Positions 59,501 through 64,000 of a stretch of 64,000 nucleotides of DNA are shown here, in pieces. The notes under the pieces were generated by a model. The model saw only the letters and a program-made list of their open reading frames with translations, had not been told where the DNA came from and did not search any database. The stretch spans positions 682,001 to 746,000 of the forward strand of contig JAMWBK010000012.1 in NCBI GenBank assembly GCA_029953675.1, written 5' to 3'. How positions within the stretch are numbered: position 1 is the first letter of the stretch; each line of letters begins with the position of its first letter. This stretch comes from Rhodosorus marinus CCMP1338 (lineage: Eukaryota > Plantae > Rhodophyta). Made by a program: the position numbers and the translations under genes.

Positions 59501-60651
59501 TTGCCGAACGACTGAGCCACCATGTCCCGAGCCGAGATCGGAAATCTTCGTCCCGATGTTTTGCACCAAGGACTTACGAGGGATCACTATGACCGGAATC
59601 CGAACGGATCGAGATGCATAGCTTTGGATACCTAGTAGTTTGAGCACGCGAGCGTTGAATCCTTCATTATGCTTTAGTTGAGCTCGAAGAAGTCCCTCTA
59701 TGCCCGGCTGATGGATCCGCCTTTTAACCGGCTGACCAACTTTGGTACTATTGCAAACGAAGTCTTCTAAGAGCGTCGTTACGAGAGGATGCCCGTGTTG
59801 ACAAGTCTATCTATGTCAACGGGGTGCATAGAGGGGCCCCTCTCGCATGCAGTCGATAAGCACGAGTCGTCACTACGGACGAGTTCCGCCGAAAGAAATG
59901 CTCAACACTTTCGCCGTAAATGCTGGTTTCCAGCCTGGGGGGTTTTCAAAATCATCGAGGCGTCGTGATCCCATACAATGCTAATAGTACTCTAATACGA
60001 TTTTGTGCTCATTGGTCCATTGACACCGTCCTTCAAAACCCAGACAGGGTCAACCGCACTCTCCTCATCGAAACGCCACTCGCAGTCGGGCATTGGACCC
60101 CAAAACTATTGAATGACAAAAACTATTACACCATTCTTACTGACCTCATCACAATTTATAAAAAAAATACAAACCAAAACACGATCCATTTTAATCCAAT
60201 ATTCAAATATAAGATCTCATCTAAAAACTATATTTATTCTTTAATATAACATTGAATATATAATTAAAGAAGATATATCTTATTATATTCAATTAAATCC
60301 TCACACGTGTCCATAAAACATCCAATCAATAGCGCAGTTGACAACTTCTGATGTTTACGAAAATGGCAAAGGTGCTGTTTTGGTCGTGTGAAGAAGACCG
60401 GACGAGTGGTGGGGGGAAAGTGCTGAGCTGGTTGGATACGGATGAATGCTGTTTGAACGGTGTTTTGGAGAGGACACTGCTGGTATCGATGTAGAGAGAA
60501 GGAAATGTAATTCTGTTTGATGTAAAGAGTATTTGTGCTAAGGAAGCGATCAAATTCGCAAGAAGGGTTTCTTGGGTGCGTGTGGGCTGTGGGGTTGGGG
60601 AGAAGTGATGTGGATGAAGATATTGGTTTGTTAACCATTTTAGATGGAAAG

Positions 60652-61937
60652 ATGTGTGGCAGATTTGGAAAATTTGTGTGGGTTTTGGTGATTTTAATTG
60701 GGTTTCGGCCAGGAAGTTCGAGGTGGGAGGAGGTGGTGAACTATCATCTGGTTGATTTGAAGAGTCTGTTGGGATTTGTAAGCGATAGTGTGCCTGCGGT
60801 ATCGTCGGACGACTGCGCGACGAGTTTGCAGGTGGAATTTAGCGGTAGGGATGATATCTACATCGATCCTGCGGCAATTGGAGTGGAGCCTGCGTGCGAG
60901 GAGAATCCGGAAAACCATCGGAAGCTTCTCAGGTTCGATGCTCTGTGCGAGGATCTGAAGAAGAATCTGGATTTTTATTGCGAGATGATGGAATGCGAGC
61001 AGCTGCGAAACTACATCAGGTTCAACAAACCATTTGCCAACGTCGGCTCGAGGTTTTTCGTCCTATCCGAGTCGAATTACACGCATAATAGGTCGCTAAG
61101 CGTGTTCCTCATCGAGGATACGCCTCCTGGAAACTGTGAAGGGTTCCTCAAGACGATCCAAGGGGGTGAACTACCGAGGCCGACCAACCTCACAAAGTCA
61201 AGGACACTGCTCTCAGGAGATTTGATGGTCGTCAAGGTGATGAAGGAGGATACATCTGATCGTGAGTGTCTTTACGTTGCCGAAGATCGCCGACGAAACG
61301 ACCGCTATACGGTCAGCCACCGCGTTCGGATCGAGGATTCTGAGAAGGGCGAGGTTTTGGGAACGGAGCTCAAGTTCAAAGAAATGTGGGCAGCAAAGCT
61401 TGGACTTTGGGCGGATACGATTGTCGCGGAATTTTCGGAGGATGCCAACGCTAGGAAGACTTTCCTCGAGCTGAGAGTTAGGAAAGTTAGCTACCAGAAA
61501 GCACATATGATCGCGACGACGGTAACCCGATCGGATATCATAGGTGAGAGACGCTGACCAAAAACCTCTGGATGAAGAAGAAGAGAAGAGAAGAATCGTT
61601 ACTGAGGAAGCTAAGAGAAAAGTCTATACGTTTTTCATTTGTGGGTGTTTTCTTAGGAGTGGTGCTAAAAGTTCGACCATCGTTTGCTCAAAGTTTCAGC
61701 CCTGATTGCGTAGTTTGGTATCGAGTCGACGGTGGAGGAATCGTGTCGGTTGCGTTCGGAGGATGGAAGAAGATAGGAAGCTTCGATCCGACGCGAGTGG
61801 CGATCCCAGGAGCTCTCGCGGTGTTGATTGTCGGGGTCGTCATCGCCCTTATCTTATCAAGACGGAAACGAAGGAGAACGGTCGGGTACGAGACCGCTCC
61901 TACCGAAGATCCTTCCGAAGCAGGCTCAGACACGTAA
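60652..61937 (+). CDS. Uncharacterised type I membrane protein (signal peptide, ~330-aa ectodomain, TM, basic stop-transfer, short tail)
   Basis: MCGRFGKFVWVLVILIGFRP signal. Intron 61544-61656 joins ...SDIIG|VVLKVRP in frame. TM IPGALAVLIVGVVIALILS followed by RRKRRR. Confidence 0.7.
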
Positions 61938-62643
61938 ACGTGTCAGTCTGTCTCGTCGACTTGTTCATATTTCAATGACGTACAACTGTGGGAGATCTTT
62001 GCTGAAAGCGAAGAGCACCAGAAGAAGACACCGCTATGTAAAAGAAAAACGTTCATCCAGCTGTCTTGGTTTTCAAAGTCGCGCAGTGCTCCCTTGTCAA
62101 AAAGTCTTCAGCTCGATTGATTCTCTGAGATCTTGTTCAAACTGTCATTCATCTTCATCAGTCGATCAAGACTCAGGTGTATAGGAACTTTGCTCATCAC
62201 AGACGAGATATTCCCGTGCGTCAGATCTACTAGATATTCAGAATGCCCGGGGTCTTGATGGCCTTGGTTTGATGATGTGCTTCCTCACAAGCCGCGCCTC
62301 CGGTCAAGACTGTTCGGATAAGCGTATCGTATTTCCCTTGGCTGAGAGGTAGATTGACTCAATGATTCTGTCGCAGCTTGTTCCTTCATCATCTTCTATG
62401 GAACGACGATCTGTTTTCTCTGAAGGTGGTCGAAAACGTCCTTCTCTGTTTCACGGCCTTGACAGAACAGCACGACGATTTTCTGTTTCCAAATGCGCGT
62501 GTAGTTCTTCCCCAACCCGTTGATAGAATCATTCGAACCCCTATCGGCAGATTGTTCCTTGTCCGCTTCATCACTGCGCGACGATCTGCTGCTGCTGCTG
62601 AAGCTTTCCCAACGATCTCGGTTCCCAACTTTCGTAGAAAGGC

Positions 62644-63328
62644 TCAGCCGAATCCGGGTGCAGCCTCCTTCTCTGGATGCTGCGGTACATCGACTTCCGC
62701 TCGTCCTTGTCGGTGCAACATGTAGTCATCTCGACGGGTGAGGGAACGTACGCAGTCATGTTGAGCTTGTGATTTTGGGAGGACGATGGCGATGAAGCCT
62801 TGATCAAAGTTCTGTGTTTTGAAGATTTACGGGGTCAGGTGAATGCGTTTTGCGCAGTCTATAAGATGAAAATGAAATCCGTACCTCGGTTTTGATCAAC
62901 GCTGGGTTCGTAGTTAGGTTCTCGTTGAGCTCGAGAAGAACACCGCGAATCCTTGCTCTTATCTTGTAGCTCTTCGACTTTGTGTGGACCGTGCAGAGGG
63001 TCGACTCTTCCTGAACAAAAGTTCCCTGTCGCTTGCGTTTACCCTTGGGCTCTTGAAATCCCTCTCTCAGCTCGACTTTTGTGACGTCCTCATCGCCCGC
63101 AACGACGGCATGCTCCTCTGACAGCGTCACCACGCAGATGCCGTTGGAGTGCCTCATCACGCATAGGTCCTCATCGCCATTCTCGCTCACCCAGTACCAC
63201 CTGGTGTAGTACCGCTCAAGAACACTCCAAACTCGAGTACCGTCCTCCTCCTTGTCTTCAATATCGTTGTCGAGTAGCTTCACCCTTGATCCATCGTCAC
63301 TGATTACGTACTCGTCTTCTACCGCCAT
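62644..63328 (-). CDS. Abitram/FAM206A (Simiate)-like protein, glycine-cleavage-H-like fold, 2 exons
   Basis: LERYYTRWY, LCVMRHSNGICVVTL, KGKRKRQG, IRARIRGVLLELNENL..NP, intron, then NFDQGFIAIVLPK...DDYMLHR, stop at 62644. Confidence 0.85.
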
Positions 63329-64000
63329 CTTTCTCCCACACAAACAACGCTTGCAAAATTTTCGAGTCTTAGGCCTTCTTGTTAGCTGCCTACTTCATCG
63401 TCGCTTGTGATGGAAGCCTCCTCAACAGATCCCCTGGTGACATCGACTGGAGAGTCTTGTACCAACTTGAGCGTCTTCTACGTGGTGATATTGGTGACCA
63501 CGGGGTGTCCAGAAGCGCCAGCAAAACAAGTTTTACAAAAGGCCATACATCATCTTCTTCCACCTAACCGATCTGGATCTATTGCTAAACGGCGCTGATT
63601 GACCTTCCAGAGCCAAGAGCTTCCTCCTCAAAGGGCTCAGGTTGCATCCATTCGGAGGTAGCGTCAAGAGACGAGATCTTTAACGAATGTAACCTGCCTC
63701 CTCAGATCCGAGTTGTGGCTGTCGTTCACTAAGTCTTCAGACCCGACTAGTTTGCATACCGGCGCTGAATGACCTTCAAAGCGCCAACGCTAAAAACCAA
63801 TACAGAGTCACTCCTCAAAGAGCTCCGGATGACATCTATTCGGAGGTGCCCATCGCTCACGGACGTTACCTTCCTCCCAGCTCCGAGCTTGTGACTATCG
63901 CTTTAAACGGAGGTGAGGTATTGCCTCCCTCGGAGGCATTTGTTAAATCCTATCGCTCGCCAGTCGAGGAACGTCAACAGAGTCTTCTTCATCTAGTTTC

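Overview
Eukaryotic nuclear DNA of roughly 50% GC. It has short (about 65-115 bp) GT-AG introns, often with CTAAC/CTGAC branch sites, and AT-rich islands upstream of most genes. Gene content (porphyranase-like GH86, sulfotransferase-like family, an FV-type plastid transit peptide) suggests a red alga; this is inference only. From left to right: (1) a CRE-clade non-LTR retrotransposon into which a 5'-truncated copy of itself has inserted antisense with a 10-bp target-site duplication; (2) an intronless secreted bacterial-type GH86 beta-porphyranase-like enzyme with a C-terminal CBM; (3) degenerate TE sequence; (4) SEC11, a non-coding GNRA-hairpin minisatellite and a DHHC palmitoyltransferase; (5) three tandem paralogous type II membrane sulfotransferase-fold genes that share one intron position but carry independently expanded Pro-rich stems, interspersed with a copia RT remnant and RPAIN; (6) a half-MFS gene, kinesin-5, two tandem mitochondrial carriers, TIPIN/Csm3, a hotdog thioesterase, a HAUS2-like gene, TRM1 and a zinc-finger protein; (7) a TE graveyard with a ~400-bp foldback; (8) an orphan type I membrane protein and Abitram/FAM206A. 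The best candidate for an undescribed system is the sulfotransferase trio plus GH86, as a possible sulfated-galactan building/remodelling locus. All family calls come from motif recognition by eye; no database search was run.
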